Source of the DNA: Octopus sinensis
Taxonomy: Eukaryota
DNA: 64,000 nt
Direction of reading: 5' to 3'
NCBI RefSeq assembly: GCF_006345805.1
Contig: NC_043001.1
Location: 103,354,001 to 103,418,000, forward strand
Below the pieces are notes generated by a model that saw nothing but the letters and a program-made list of their open reading frames with translations, did not search any database and was not told the origin of the DNA. Position numbers and translations under genes: made by a program. This document shows, piece after piece, positions 12,095-25,625 of this stretch (its first letter is position 1; each line of letters opens with the position of its first letter).

Positions 12095-12480
12095 GCATTT
12101 AATCCCCTTCGAAGTGGTCCCCTTCCTGCGCCATTTCCATTGATGGAAGCATTCCTGGAACTCCTTTTAAGGGAACGCGAGCAGCTGTCTCAGTGCATTC
12201 GCTTCTATTACTTCGATGTTTTGAAATCTTGCTGGGGGGGGGGGGTCTTCCATTGAAAAAAACTAAGCCTTGGATTCGGGATCGTAGCTATAGACCCACC
12301 GTTCGTCACTTGTTATGACCGTTTTCAAAAGGTTTTCGTCTTCTTCGACACAATCAAGGAGATCCTGCGCAGCTAAACCTCTCTCATATCTTTGAGACCA
12401 CCACACTCTACACACTTTACTTCAAAGCACTTCTATACACAACGGAAGTGAACGAGAACGTTATAACTTAACGATCAGAT
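12095..12480 (-). mobile_element. mariner transposase relic (second copy 13738-14040)
   Basis: LAAQDLLDCVEEDENLLKTVITSDERWVYSYDPESKAQ (TGDETW motif) and C-terminal KEFQECFHQWK...HFEGD; internally deleted. Confidence 0.85.
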
Positions 12481-13223
12481 AATTGGTGATCATAGGGTTA
12501 CTAGTGCAGTTCGAATAAGGAATTTACAAAAAAAAACCTATTTTCTAAGTATTTTTTCTTTTATTCTTTTATTTGTTTCAGTCATTTGACTGCGACCATG
12601 CTGGAGCACCGCCTTTAGTCGAGCAAATCGACCCCAGGGCTTATTCTTTGAAAGCCTAGTATTTATTCTATCCGTCTCTGTGGCCGAACTGCTAAGTGAC
12701 GGGGACGCACCAGCATCGGTTGTCAAGCGATGTTGGTGCACAAACAGACACACAAACTTATACATACATACGACGGGCTTCTTTCAGTTTCCGTCCACCA
12801 AATTCACTCACAAGGCTTTGGTCGGCCCGTGGCTTTAGTAGAAAACACTTGCCCAAGGTGCCACGCAGTGGGACTGAACCTGGAACCACGTAGTTAGTAA
12901 GCAAGCTACTTACCACACAGCCACTCCTACGCCTAAATAAGTTAAATAAAATTAAGCTAGGCAATAACTTAAGTTTTAAAACATAAAAAAATATAATATG
13001 TTGCATAACTATGAATTTGTAAAATTAAAAATTCATAATGTTTATATTCACAGATGCACCCCTGCGGGTTTTTAGACGCTTGTAATTAATAATTAGTACT
13101 AAACAGTTCTGAAACCGTTGCCTGGAACAGTGGGTGGCAACACCATTTGGACTGAAAATGTTTTGATGTCTTGCAGGCCAAAGCGAACGAAAATAAAATC
13201 TCAATTACAGCCTCACACAATTA

Positions 13224-13266
<43 letters not shown>

Positions 13267-14791
13267 CGGGCCTGTCTACCAAATCCATTCACAAGGCTTT
13301 GGTCGGCCCGAGTCTATAGTAGAAAACACTTGTCCAGGTTGCCATGCAGTGGGACTGAACTGGGAACCATGTAGTTGGCTTTTAGTTCTATTATTTATCA
13401 AAAAACTATACACAGACATTCAAACATATAATGGGCTTCTTTCAGTTTCCATCTACCAGATCCACTCACTAGGCTTTGCTCAGTCTGAGGTTACTGTAGA
13501 AGACACTTGTCTAAGGTGCCATGCAGTGGGACTGAACTGGGAACCATGTGGTTGGCTTTTAGTTCTATTATTTATCAAGAAAACTATACACAGACTCACA
13601 AACATATAATAAGCTTCTTTCAGTTTCTATCTACCAGATCCACTCACTAGGCTTTGCTCAGTCTGAGGCTATAGTAGAAGACACTTGCCCAAGCTCCCAC
13701 GCAGTTGGACCGAACCCGGAACCAAGTGTTTGGTAAGGGACAGCGAACAGCTGTCTCAGTGCATTCGCTTGTATTTCTTCGATGTTTTGAAATCTTTCTT
13801 GGGGGTCTTCCACTGAAAAAAACTGAGCCTTGGATTCGGGATCGTAGCTATAGACCCACCGTTCGTCACTTGTTATGACCGTTTTCAAAAGGTTTTCGTC
13901 TTCTTCGACACAATCAAGGAGATCCTGCGCAGCTAAACCTCTCTCATATTTTTGAGACCACCACACTCTACACACTTTACTTCAAAGCACTTCTATACAC
14001 AACGGAAGTGAACGAGAACATTATAACTTAACGATCAGATAATTGGTGATCATAGGGTTATTAGTGCAGTTCGAATAAGGAATTTACAAAAAAAAACCTA
14101 TTTTCTAAGTATTTTTTCTTTTATTCTTTTATTTGTTTCAGTCATTTGACTGCGGCCATGCTGGAGCACCGCCTTTAGTCGAGCAAATCAACCCCAGGGC
14201 TTATTCTTTGAAAGCCTAGTACTTATTCTATCCGTCTCTGTGGCCGAACTGCTAAGTGACAGGGACGCACCAGCATCGGTTGTCAAGCGATGTTGTGGCA
14301 CAAACAGACACACAAACATATACATACATACATACATACGACGGGCTTCTTTCAGTTTCCGTCTACCAAATTCACTCACAAGGCTTTGGTCGGCCCGAGG
14401 CTTTAGTAGAAGACACTTGGCCAAGGTGCCACGCAGTGGGACTGAACCTGGAACCACGTAGTTAGTAAGCAAGCTACTTACCACACAGCCACTCCTACGC
14501 CTAAATAAGTTAAATAAAATTAAGCTAGGCAATAACTTAAGTTTTAAAACATAAAAAAATATAATATGTTGCATAACTATGAATTTGTAAAATTAAAAAT
14601 TCATAATGTTTATATTCACAGACGCACCCCTGCGGGTTTTTAGACGCTTGTAATTAATAATTAGTACTAAACAGTTCTGAAACCGTTGCCTGGATCAGTG
14701 GGTGGCAACACCATTTGGACTGAAAATGTTTTGATGTCTTGCAGGCCAAAGTGAACGAAAATAAAATCTCAATTACAGCCTCACACAATTA

Positions 14792-14840
<49 letters not shown>

Positions 14841-15671
14841 ACGTCGGGCCCGTCTACCAAATCCATTCACAAGGCTTTGGTCGGCCCGAGGCTATAGTAG
14901 AAGACACTTGCCCAAGCTGCCACGCAGTTGGACTGAAATTGGAACCATGTGGTTGGCTTTTAGTTCAATTATTTATCAAGAAAGCTATACACAGACACAC
15001 AAACATATAATGGGCTTCTTTCAGTTTCCATCTACAAGATCCACTCACTAGGCTTTGCTCAGTCTGAGGTTACAGTAGAAGACACCTGTCCAAGGTGCCA
15101 TGCAGTGGGACTGAACTTGGAACCATGTGGTTGGCTTTTAGTTCTATTATTTATCAAAAAACTATACACAGACACGCAAACATTTAATGGGCTTCTTTCA
15201 GTTTCTATCTACCAGATCCACTCACTAGGCTTTGCTCAGTCTGAGGTTATAGTAGAAGACACTTGTCCAAGGTGCCATGCAGTGGGACTGAACTGGGAAC
15301 CATGTGGTTGGCTTTTAGTTCTATTATTTATCAAGAAAACTATACACAGACACACAAACATATAATGGGCTTCTTTCAGTTTCCATCTACCAAATCCACT
15401 CACTAGGCTTTGCTCAGTCTGAGGTTATAGTAGAAGACACTTGTCTAAGGTGCCACGCAGTGGGACTGAACTAGGAACCATGTGGTTGGCTTTTAGTTCT
15501 ATTATTTATCAAGAAAACTATACACAGACACACAAACATATAATGGGCTTCTTTCAGTTTCCATCTACCAGATCCACTCACTAGGTTTTGCTCAGTCTGA
15601 GGCTATAGTAGAAGACACTTGCCCAAGCTGCCACGCAGTTGGACCGAACCCGGAACCAAGTGTTTGGTAAG
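12168..15671. repeat. Tandem segmental duplication, unit about 1.56 kb (mariner relic + SINE A + 178-bp repeats)
   Basis: 12182 matches 13748 and 12540 matches 14100. The junction has TAAG microhomology (12168-71, 13734-37, 15668-71). Confidence 0.92.
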
Positions 15672-15700
15672 CAAGCTACTTATCACACAGCCACTCCTGC
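14835..15700. repeat. SINE-derived tandem repeat, about 178-bp unit
   Basis: gggcttctttcagttt recurs at 15012, 15189, 15367 and 15545; a shorter array lies at 13270-13740. Confidence 0.92.
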
Positions 15701-16074
15701 GCTGGAAGTCTGGAAAATAAAACTATAGACATCAATCGCTTATTTGGTTTATTTGTTATATTTGTGAAAACAGTTCTGAATAACAATGCATCGAAGGCGC
15801 TCTTGTTTTAGGATGAATTTCTAAAAACCGTAAATTAGATTTTTAATAAACGGCGACGCCCATGAATGTCTTTTTTCGGTTCCCAGTTCAAAGAACGCTG
15901 CTCTTCTCTCTTACAAAATGAGAACAAATTCGATTATGAAGTTATATCTGTTTGCGATCGTTGGCCAACCCGAACAAAGCTGACCTCGCGCGAATAACAA
16001 TTCATTTACAAAAACTCCAAAATGCAATCAATGAAATCCACACACATTGACAACGACACACGCATAAGCCTATA

Positions 16075-16080
16075 AACACT

Positions 16081-16166
<86 letters not shown>

Positions 16167-16720
16167 CACACACACACACACACATACACACACACACATA
16201 AACATACAAGCACACAAATAAACACACACACACACACACAAACACACAAGCACACAAAGAAACACACAGAAACACTGATACAAACATACACACATTTATA
16301 TACACACACATATATACACACACGCATATACGCACACACAAATACACACTCACGCACACACACACATGCACAAACACTGATACAAACACATACGCACATA
16401 AACGCACACGCACACACACACACAAACACACGCACGCGCGCACACACACAAACACAAATGCACTCACACACAAATAAACAAACACACACACACACACACA
16501 AACACTGATACAAACACACACACACCCGAACACACGCATGCACACACACACGCACACAAACAGAAATGTACTCACACACAAATATACAAGCACACACATA
16601 CACAAACACCGATACAAACACATACACACCCAAACACACGCACACACACGCACACAAATACACAAACGTGCTCACACTCAAATGAACAACCCCCCCACAC
16701 ACACACATGGACACACACTC
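16075..16720. repeat. Compound (CA)n microsatellite
   Basis: Long degenerate CA-rich array; source of the spurious VCVC ORFs. Confidence 0.97.
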
Positions 16721-17034
16721 ATGAAAACGTTGGTCCACATAATGTTGTTGATATTCAAGCTTCAGGATGTCCCGAGCGCGTTTCTACGACTGAAGAATAC
16801 GAAGAAAAGACATTCCTATCAGAAGACCGGCTTCATTTTTTTTTCCCCCATTTTGAAGTTTCCTTCCTGTCTTGATATCAGTCTTCCGTAGAGTTGCATG
16901 GGACCCGAAGGTAAGGTTTGTAGAGAAGTAAGTGGTGAGTGGGGGGGCGTACAAAAAGGTTTTAAAACCTACTTCGCAAAGTATAGGATTAACTTAAGAT
17001 TCGGTCGCTGTTTTTCAAATATTGGTTTCAAATT

Positions 17035-17421
17035 TTGGCACAAGGCCAGCAATTTCGGGAGAGGTGGTAAGTTGGTCCCAGCGCTCATTTGGTGCTTATT
17101 TTATCGATCGCGATAGGGATGAGAGACAAAGAAAACTTCGGTGGAATTTGAACTCATGATATAAAGATGGACAAAATGCCGCTAAGTATTTTGTCCGGCG
17201 TGCTTACGATTCTTACTCTAGGCACAAGGCCTGAAATTTTGGGGGAGGGGGCCAGTCGATTAGATCGACCCCAGTACGCAGCTGGTATTTAATTTATCGA
17301 CCCCGAAAGGGATGAAAGGCAAAGAAGACCTCGGCAGAATTCGAACTCAGAACGTAAAGACAGACGAAATACGGCTAAGCATCTCGCCCGACGTGCTAAC
17401 GTTTCTGCCAGCTCGCCGCCT
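17035..17421 (-). mobile_element. SINE family B (nested or tandem pieces)
   Basis: Reverse complement of the family B head and body; ends ...ctgccagctcgccgcc. Confidence 0.8.
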
Positions 17422-18316
17422 TAAGGCTGCTTATCAAATGCTAACAGGAAGTAATTATATAGTGTTGCAATGAGGGACCTAATCCAATAACATAAATTTC
17501 CACATTCGTCATTTTAGCCTTAAGCTATTGTCCTGCAATACACACGCACTGACTAGTTCCCCTTACTATACTACCAATGTGTCTCGAAGTTTATCCCACA
17601 CCGTTGTTATTGCCTGGAAACACGCTGCGGTAGTTAAGAATCTCGTTGTTAAATATATAGCTAAACACTACATCGATCTAGGAGACGTTAGTGGTTATAG
17701 CCTGTGTGAACTGGTATCCAATAGCAACTTGACCGACGTGGTACGTTTAGGTCACCATCTGACAACCGTTACAGTGAGTGAAACTGTAAAAATGTAGCAA
17801 ATCTGTTTTAGTTTGGATTATTGTTTGCGTTCTTCGCTTCAGTCGTGCGATATTTCGACAATAATGGAATGCTATGATGATCATACTTAATTTGGCACTC
17901 TGTCGGTTACAATGTCCTGCGGGTTCCAGTTGATCTGACCTGCGGAATAGCCTGCTCGTGAAAATTAACATGCACGTGGCTGAGCCCTCTACACACACGC
18001 ATACGCTTAAAGTAGTTTTCAAGGGGAGTCAACATGACTCAGAAGGGTACAAAGCTGGCCCTTTGAATGGCGGGTACGACTCATCTGACAAAAATGAGTT
18101 GTACGTCTATTCATAGCTATTCGCTGGGGCATTAGGAGAGTCAGTTAAGTTGGTTTGCAAGACTGGGTGACTCAACAGACGCTTATATCTTCGCCTTTTT
18201 CGTTCGTTCGTTAAACAATGTCTGCATGCATGAAATACACAGTATTAAACAGAAAATATATCACAGGATAAATAACTCTTTTATCTTCTTTTCTTTTTTT
18301 CTGTTGTGGTTTACAG

Positions 18317-18394
18317 TATTCGTGTCAATCCTAGTGCAAGGGATGTACCGCTAAACAGGTTCCAAAACAGACTTCAGACTCTTCTCAGACAAGC
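18317..18394 (+). CDS. Calcitonin-type precursor, coding exon 2 (propeptide)
   Basis: Strong acceptor ttttcttttttctgttgtggtttacAG and donor GC|GTGAGT. The exon is 78 nt, phase 2/2, and reads (S)IRVNPSARDVPLNRFQNRLQTLLRQ(A) with no stops. Confidence 0.82.
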
Positions 18395-18908
18395 GTGAGT
18401 ATAATCGTGAGACAACGATTTGTTTCATGACTTTTAATCTTTTATCTTTTACTTGTTTCTGGCATTAGACTACGGCCATGCTGGAGCACAGCCTTGAAGA
18501 ATGTTTAGTCGAATTAATCGACGCCAGTACTTGTTTTTAAAAACCTGGTACTTATTTCATCGGCTCCTTTAGCTGAATTGCTAAGCTACAGGGATGTAAA
18601 CACAACCAGCATCGGATGTCAAGTAGTGGTCGGAACAAATACAGACACAAGGACACACACACATAATAACGAAAGTGGTTCGACACAATACAAAACCAAA
18701 ATGGAACATTCAGTTGTCACTAATAGTGGCTGAGGGTGTAGGGTAGCACCTACATTGCTAGAAACAAGAGTCAAAGAACCTGATAGCTACAAAAAGCACA
18801 TCATCTATATACTGACAGGGGTGATAACTGCCCCACAGCGAGCGACGTCACTATACTAGCACGCTAGTTTCCGTTGAAATTAAAGCTCATCAGTAATGAT
18901 ATATATAT

Positions 18909-18967
<59 letters not shown>

Positions 18968-18968
18968 G

Positions 18969-19130
18969 TTATGAGAGATAATGGTGTCAATAAGACTATT
19001 GCTTAACTATTTTCTCACACCGTTTCCGATGAAGGAATATAAAAAAATATCCCGGAAATAGCTGTAAAACCTATTTATAAATGTTCTAAAATGTTCACAG
19101 CCTTGGTTTTTTATCTCATTCTGAAAAAAA
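18969..19130 (+). mobile_element. PLE pseudo-LTR fragment with hammerhead-like motif (19022-19070)
   Basis: GTTT CCGATGA a GGAATAT aaaaaa ATATCCC g GAAA TAGCT GTA AAAC: stems I and II, palindromic short stem III, one core substitution. Flanked by (AT)n/(AG)n. Confidence 0.65.
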
Positions 19131-19704
19131 ATTATATATATATATATATATATTTAAGTAGGCGAATGAATTATCCTTATATACACAAAGGTACTACATG
19201 AGTACCTATATCGCTAATGATAGAAGTCAAAAAATACTTCTGTACCACCGAATCGTCACAAATCTATTACAGACAAGACAGGAAAAAATATCAGAGAACA
19301 ATAATAATGTCTTACCTCAAATGGGTCAGAACAAGAAAATGCTGGTCAACCTGGTACCGGTTTCGCGAACTTTCGCAGGAATGACGATTTATATAATCGT
19401 CAAAGTTTCATAAACGTATTTATATATTTTATAAGGTTATACTCCAAACAAAGATGTGAGTAAACAATTTCTTTCTTTATACATTAGCATAAATGCGAAA
19501 CTGTGGTGGGGAATAAACACACTTTAGATTCGTTTGGATTTGTTTCTGACATATTTTATATTCTAAAAAGAAGTTCACTGCAATTTACCGTGAAGAAAAA
19601 GAAATTGCTCGATTATAGTAAGGGATAAATATATTGTTGTCAGATCAGTTGCGCCCTCCTTTGGGTCCCTAGATTCATTTCTGGCTCGTTATCCTCCTAT
19701 GGCA

Positions 19705-20126
19705 GAGAATACCTATTTCTTTATTACCCACAAGGGGCTAAACATAGAGGGGACAAACAAGGTCAGACATAGGTATTAAGTCGATTACATCGACCCCAGT
19801 GCGTAACTGGTACTTAATTTATCGACCCCGAAAGGATGAAAGGCAAAGTCGACCTCAGCGGAATTTGAACTCACAACGCTGCGCCTGACGAAATACCTAT
19901 TTCTTTATTACCCACAAGGGGCTAAACACAGAGGGGACAAACAAGGACAGACATAGGTATTAAGTCGATTACATCGACCCCAGTGCGTAACTGGTACTTA
20001 ATTTATCGACTCCGAAAGGATGAAAGGCAAAGTCGACCTCGGCGGAACTTGAACTCACAACGTAACGCAGACGAAATACCGCTAAGCATTTCACCCGGCA
20101 CGCTAACGTTTCTGCCAGCTCGCCGC
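19705..20126 (-). mobile_element. SINE family B partial tandem (about 183-bp period)
   Basis: tacctatttctttattacccacaaggggctaaaca is repeated at about 19710 and 19893. Confidence 0.88.
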
Positions 20127-20593
20127 CCAAAGAGGGGTGACCCTCAGCTGATTAGTAAACCGCCGTAGCTTTATAATAAATTAGTCAATACTAGTGACTC
20201 ACTGGCATTCGTTGACCGCCCAGTCTGAACAAATACTTAAGTTGAAGCGTGAAGCAATGATGGGAAATAAATTTTAGGTGAGTTCAGATATGTTTGTAAC
20301 TTTTAAAAGCAATTTCCCTGGAGTTTACCGTGCTAGAAATTTATAACGAGCCAGAATTCCATTTTGGGGTCCAACAGAAGGCGCCACTGAAGTCACGATG
20401 ATGTATTTATATATAAGAGAGAAATTTTTCATGGTAAACCGCAGTGAAATTGCTTTTAGATGCATAAGTATGTCAGAAACATATTTGAAATAACATGAAG
20501 CTTCTTCCTTTCTTTATGTAAATAAAACAAAAAAAAACACACTTCGCTCAGATTCTTGATAAATATATTGTTTTCATTTCCTTTCTGTTATAG

Positions 20594-20777
20594 ACGGAAG
20601 AGAGGCTGTGATAGTAAAATAGGCGGGCTTGGAGGCCAGTGTCCAACGTACCACACCTCGTTAGATTTAGACAGATGGCGTTATCTGGACAGTTCGCAGA
20701 GTCCCGGCCGGAGGAAGAGGAATATCATTCAATTAAAATCAAAACTGCAGCAGAAGCGTGGCACCAATCTTATGTGA
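20594..20777 (+). CDS. Calcitonin-type precursor, coding exon 3 (mature peptide)
   Basis: Acceptor ttttcatttcctttctgttatAG, then RKR-GCDSKIGGLGGQCPTYHTSLDLDRWRYLDSSQSP-G-RRKR-NIIQLKSKLQQKRGTNLM*. This gives convertase sites, an N-terminal Cys pair and C-terminal Pro-Gly (amidation). Confidence 0.9.
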
Positions 20778-21824
20778 AGAATGCTTTATTAATTCCTAAA
20801 CAAAAACAAACATTATTTATCTCGTGTTTATGTTTCGAGAATAAAGAGAAATATTTCGGCAACATCTCGGTTTTGTTTCCTTTGTCTTTTGTTTGTTTTC
20901 AGCTATGAGACGCCGGTCATGCTGGGGCACCGATTGAAGAATTCTTGGTCAATCGAATCTATCTCAATCCTTTTATAAAACCTGGTACTTACTACTATCG
21001 GTCTCTTTGGTCGAACTGCTAAGTTACGGGAACGTAAACACACCAACGCCAGTTGTCAAGTGGTGGTTGGGGACAAATAGAGTCACAAAAGCACACACAC
21101 ACACACACGCACAGATACACACACGCACACATATGCACGCGCGCGCACTGCGGTCAATGTTGATTAATTTGCGATGAAATTTCTGTAAATATTTGTTTAC
21201 CAATTATAATTACTATTGTTTGAAATTGGTTGCTTTAAAAATAAATTCACTTAACCCAAACAAATCCAATGTGTTTTAAAAGGTTTCTCATATTATAAGA
21301 TTTAAGCTTTATTAATCCATTACTTTTGGCACAAAAACAAAAATTATGGAAGCCGGATTAAGTCAATTCGAATAACAATAGAACAGCTGGATGTGAAGTC
21401 AGATCGTGAGGAACGTCTGCCGCTACGTTCTGAGTTCAAATTCCGCCGAGGTCGACTTTGCCTTTCATCCTTTCGGGGTCGATTAAATAAGTACCAGTTA
21501 CGCACTGGGGTCGATATAATCGACTTAATCCGTTTGTCTGTCCTTATTTGTCCTCTCTGTGTTTAGCTCCTTGTGGACAGTAAAGAAATAGGTATTTCGG
21601 CTGTCGTTAAGTTCTGCGTTCATATTCCGTCGGGATCGACTTTGCAAACATAACTTCTTATGTAATTCTTTGACTTTTAAGATTATAAAGATTAAAAAAG
21701 AATATCCAGTAACGGATTCGGCATGAAAATTACATCGACGAATAGGTACGAACATGCTTGATGTAGCGAGTAAGAAATTTTGATCAATTAAAATTGCGTC
21801 AACAGTAACGAGAAAGAATGATTA

Positions 21825-22291
21825 TAGTAAAGATTGTTTGCCAACATAAAGTGGCAGTCCCGGTTTAGGACGAATGTTGCTGTAATTCAGCCCCAGGAAA
21901 CATCGTCCCTAGCTGGTTATACGACAAGATCTGAGTCCTTTTATTTTCGAACAAGGGAATCTAGCATCCCCACTCAGATCTCTGTATCGCGATTTCCAGG
22001 TTATTTCCTTTCATCAACACCGGATAATTGTTTGGCTAGAGGTGGCGCTAGCAAATTCCCGTTCGAAATATATAGTTTTCAAAGTAACAACTAGTCACTG
22101 ATCTATAAATTAGAAAATTACTATTTTTTAAATCTCACAATGTGAGATATTCAGTGAGATATTGTTCGAAAATATAAGGAGACAGATCGTGTCGTATAGC
22201 CATCTAGAGACGATGTCTCCTGGGGCTAAATTACAGCAACATTCGTCCTAAACCAGGACTGCCATGTTATGTCGGCAAACAATCTTTACTA
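21825..22291. mobile_element. MITE with about 109-bp TIRs
   Basis: 21825-21933 (tagtaaagattgtttgcc...) is approximately the reverse complement of 22183-22291. Confidence 0.85.
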
Positions 22292-22574
22292 CAAAGAACG
22301 ATTAGTTCAATTATTTGTGTTCGTTAAGTAAGTCAGAGGAGATAAGCTTAGAATTCCAATAAAAATTTAAATTAAAATGAGAGGAATGCAGTGATAGGAA
22401 TGAGAGTGATCTTAGCAGTGTGCGAATAATTTCGCATGTTTTGTTCTTATTCGGCCTCATCAGTATAGGATATACTGATTAAAGATAAGATATAAAATTC
22501 TAAATACTGTAACTCTGCAGTGTTCAGCACTTTATGTCAATTTGCATTTAAGTTGCTGACATAAATTACAGCTG

Positions 22575-22601
22575 CCGCCACCGCCGCTGCTACTGCTACT
22601 G

Positions 22602-22669
<68 letters not shown>

Positions 22670-22705
22670 ACTACTACTACTACTACTACTACCACTACTA
22701 CTACT
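22575..22705. repeat. (CTA)n/(CTG)n trinucleotide microsatellite
   Basis: Direct reading. Confidence 0.95.
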
Positions 22706-24169
22706 TATACCAACCCCATTAAATTGGTAAAAAAGTTCTAATCGAAGAATTTTACTTGATGTTCTTCAGACTTGGCACAATCTCATTATAGAAGCGAAAT
22801 CTTGAAGACTAACAAGAAGCGCAGACAGATTGGACAACAACAACATGAACATGACAACAACAACAACAACACACAAACAGCAGCATCGAGAAAATGAATA
22901 ACACCAGCAATAAAAACTCTCATTTCGCCCCTTTGGTGCCCTTCATTCGCACCAAGCATCTATTTAGTCATGTCTCTCTACATAGTCTCTTTCAAAAGCC
23001 CAACGCCGTAGATCTCCAAAGTCCCAAAGCCGCAGCTCACCAAGCAAGAGTATGGAGACTCTCTCTTTCGAAAACGGAGTGGCCTTCACCCAGCAACGAA
23101 ACTCTAGCAAGTCCATTGCCCAGTCTTCTCAAATGGCCCCCTGCCTTTCTCGCCTCTGACATTGCGATCGATCTTTTTAGTCCCTTGTCAAAGGAATCTT
23201 TAACAATTTCGTGTAATACTCTTTTCCTTTATCTCGTAACAACGATGGCACCGTGAGATGTACACGCCTTGAGGAAAGCTTCCATCTTCGTTTAGCAACA
23301 AACTCCATGCTACGCATTCATTGTCAATCTCCACCGAGTTTATCCCCTTCCAACCTTCGTATGCCTTTGTAATATCTTAAATTTTAATTATGAATGATTG
23401 TACTTATATGTCAATAATAAATATTTAATTGCTGATAAGGTAAAGATATTTCGTTTTGTTACTATAATGTACAGGGTGTCCACGAATTATCTTTGCAATT
23501 TGAAAAATTCAGAAAAAATATTTGAAAAATATGTATAATTGAGCAGAATTTATTGGAAAACACAAGCAAAGAAATAAGTTTTATTAGAAACATCAGAATA
23601 CTTTGTCCACATTGTTCATTCCATCATGCCTTAATTTTGTACCTCAGGACGTGCTCTTACACTCACTAATCTCTTTAATCTTTCACTCTTTATTGGGATA
23701 CAACCTGACATTCAGAAACGTGTCATGGTATTCCAAAGAAAACAACCCCCTTGGCTCATTCAGTCTGCCTTCTTATTGCATTCATTGCTAATATCTCTAT
23801 GCTAATAGAAACAGTTATAGACAATGGCGTTCTCTACCATCTTCAATCTCTAGCTGCAGATCCGAAACCGAATCGCTGGATAGCCGAGTAGATATCACGA
23901 CCAAGCCACTGTTGTTTCATGTGCTCTGCCGATTAGCGACCAATCTGCGTCAATCCGTCGAGTAACAGATTGAAAGCACACATTTTGCCGTCAATAATAT
24001 AACGCGACTATTTTCCTGTTGTGATGGATCAGCCACAGATTGATCCGTACCAGAGAGTTTGTCGCGGATCCCAGTAATACATCTCTTCCGTTCTACAATT
24101 GTTGCTTTTATTTTTCATCCAAAGAACATCACAGAAAACATTATGTGCAGTAAATAAAGGTTCTCTGAA

Positions 24170-25080
24170 TATTTCGTGAATATTGTTGATTTTTTTTTAA
24201 CACTCAGACCTTATCGTTTTGCACCAATATCAATGCAGAGACACATCAACACCCATTCTTTACTGTCTTTAATGACTCCCAGAATGGCTTGGCTCGTGCT
24301 GAGGCAGATCTATTCGGGACCTATTCTGTGTATGACAATCAATGATGGGTTCTTGCCTCGGAGAATTTCGATGAAAGCAATCTTGTTGCTTAAACATCAG
24401 AAAAGCCATCGATCGTGTCTTCTGAGATGCGAGTCCCTTATCGAAGTTCTTCACCTAAAGGTACCACACATCTTTTATCTCTTGGATCGACAGCTTCCAA
24501 TCAAACCGCATCGTCGCGATATCGTGTTGACATAACTCTTCCTGCCCCACTCTCAATCAACAATGGGGTGTTCTCTGTTTTCTTTCTAGACATCAATTAC
24601 CGTCAAGTCCAACAACAACACGTGCGCGCGCGCAAACACACACACTGATGATTTCTCCTCCTCCTCCTCCTCCTCCTCCAACCCTACATCTTCCCCATGC
24701 AACCTACACATCACGTGATCTAGTTGGTGGCGTGGTTCCATGGGCGGAGACCTCGACAGCATCCTCGAACAAACTAAAATATTTCTCATATCAAGAAAGA
24801 AATCTCATCCCACACCCCCACCCAGTCAACGAGTGTAACCCCCCCCACCTACAGCCTCCGTAGTTGGGCCCAGATTCTTGGCCTCACTATTACCAAGGAT
24901 CACTGTTACCGAAAGTAAATCCTTAACATAATTAGGATCGCATCCTTGAGATTAATCTTTCTCGTCAGAAGAAGAAAATACTTTCGCTCCCGAACAATTG
25001 CCGGCACCCTAGAAAGCTAAAGTGAGGTCCACAATGCAATGTCGCTTCCACAACTGGGCCGGTGCTGTTATTACACATTT
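24170..25080 (+). mobile_element. Highly decayed CR1/L2/Jockey-group LINE relic
   Basis: About 24880-25070 reads ILGLTITKD...IASLRLIFLVRRRKYF, like the post-YADD RT region; many stops. The left part of the interval is uncertain. Confidence 0.45.
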
Positions 25081-25082
25081 GA

Positions 25083-25456
25083 GGCACTCCGTCGGTTACG
25101 ACGACGAGGGTTCCGGTTGATCCGAATCAACGGAACAGCCTGCTCGTGAAATTAACGTGTAAGTGGCTGAGCACTCCACAGGCACGTGTACCCTTAACAT
25201 AGCTCTCGGGGATATTCAGCGTGACACAGAGTGTGACAAGGCCGGCCCTTTGAAATACAGGTACAACAGAAACAGGAAGTAAGAGTGAGTGAAAGTTGTG
25301 GTGAAAGAGTACAGCAGGGATCACCACCACCCCCTGCAGGAGCCTCGTGGAGCTTTAGGTGTTTTCGCTCAATAAACACTCACAACGCCCGGTCTGGGAA
25401 TCAAAACCGCGATCCTACGACTGCGAGTCCGCTGCCCTAACCACTGGGCCATTACA
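25083..25456 (-). mobile_element. tRNA-headed SINE family D
   Basis: Reverse complement of 25626-26007; A box tggcccagtggtt and a B-box-like gtttgattccc. Confidence 0.9.
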
Positions 25457-25625
25457 CATACAGACATCCAGGACCGCATTCGGAGAAGGGTCACTCGACA
25501 TATACACATTAAATGATTCACAGACACATATCAGCTTCTAACCCACAGGTTAGCTCTCTCTGCTTTCTGTATGGCAATTATAACACGTCTCTTCAATCCA
25601 TGCCCCTCACCACCTTCTATTGTGT

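Noticed and set aside
16882-16910. 29-nt microexon with good splice sites inside the calcitonin-like intron
   Set aside because: It is out of phase and would create an immediate TAG. At most it is a poison exon; there is no support without RNA data.
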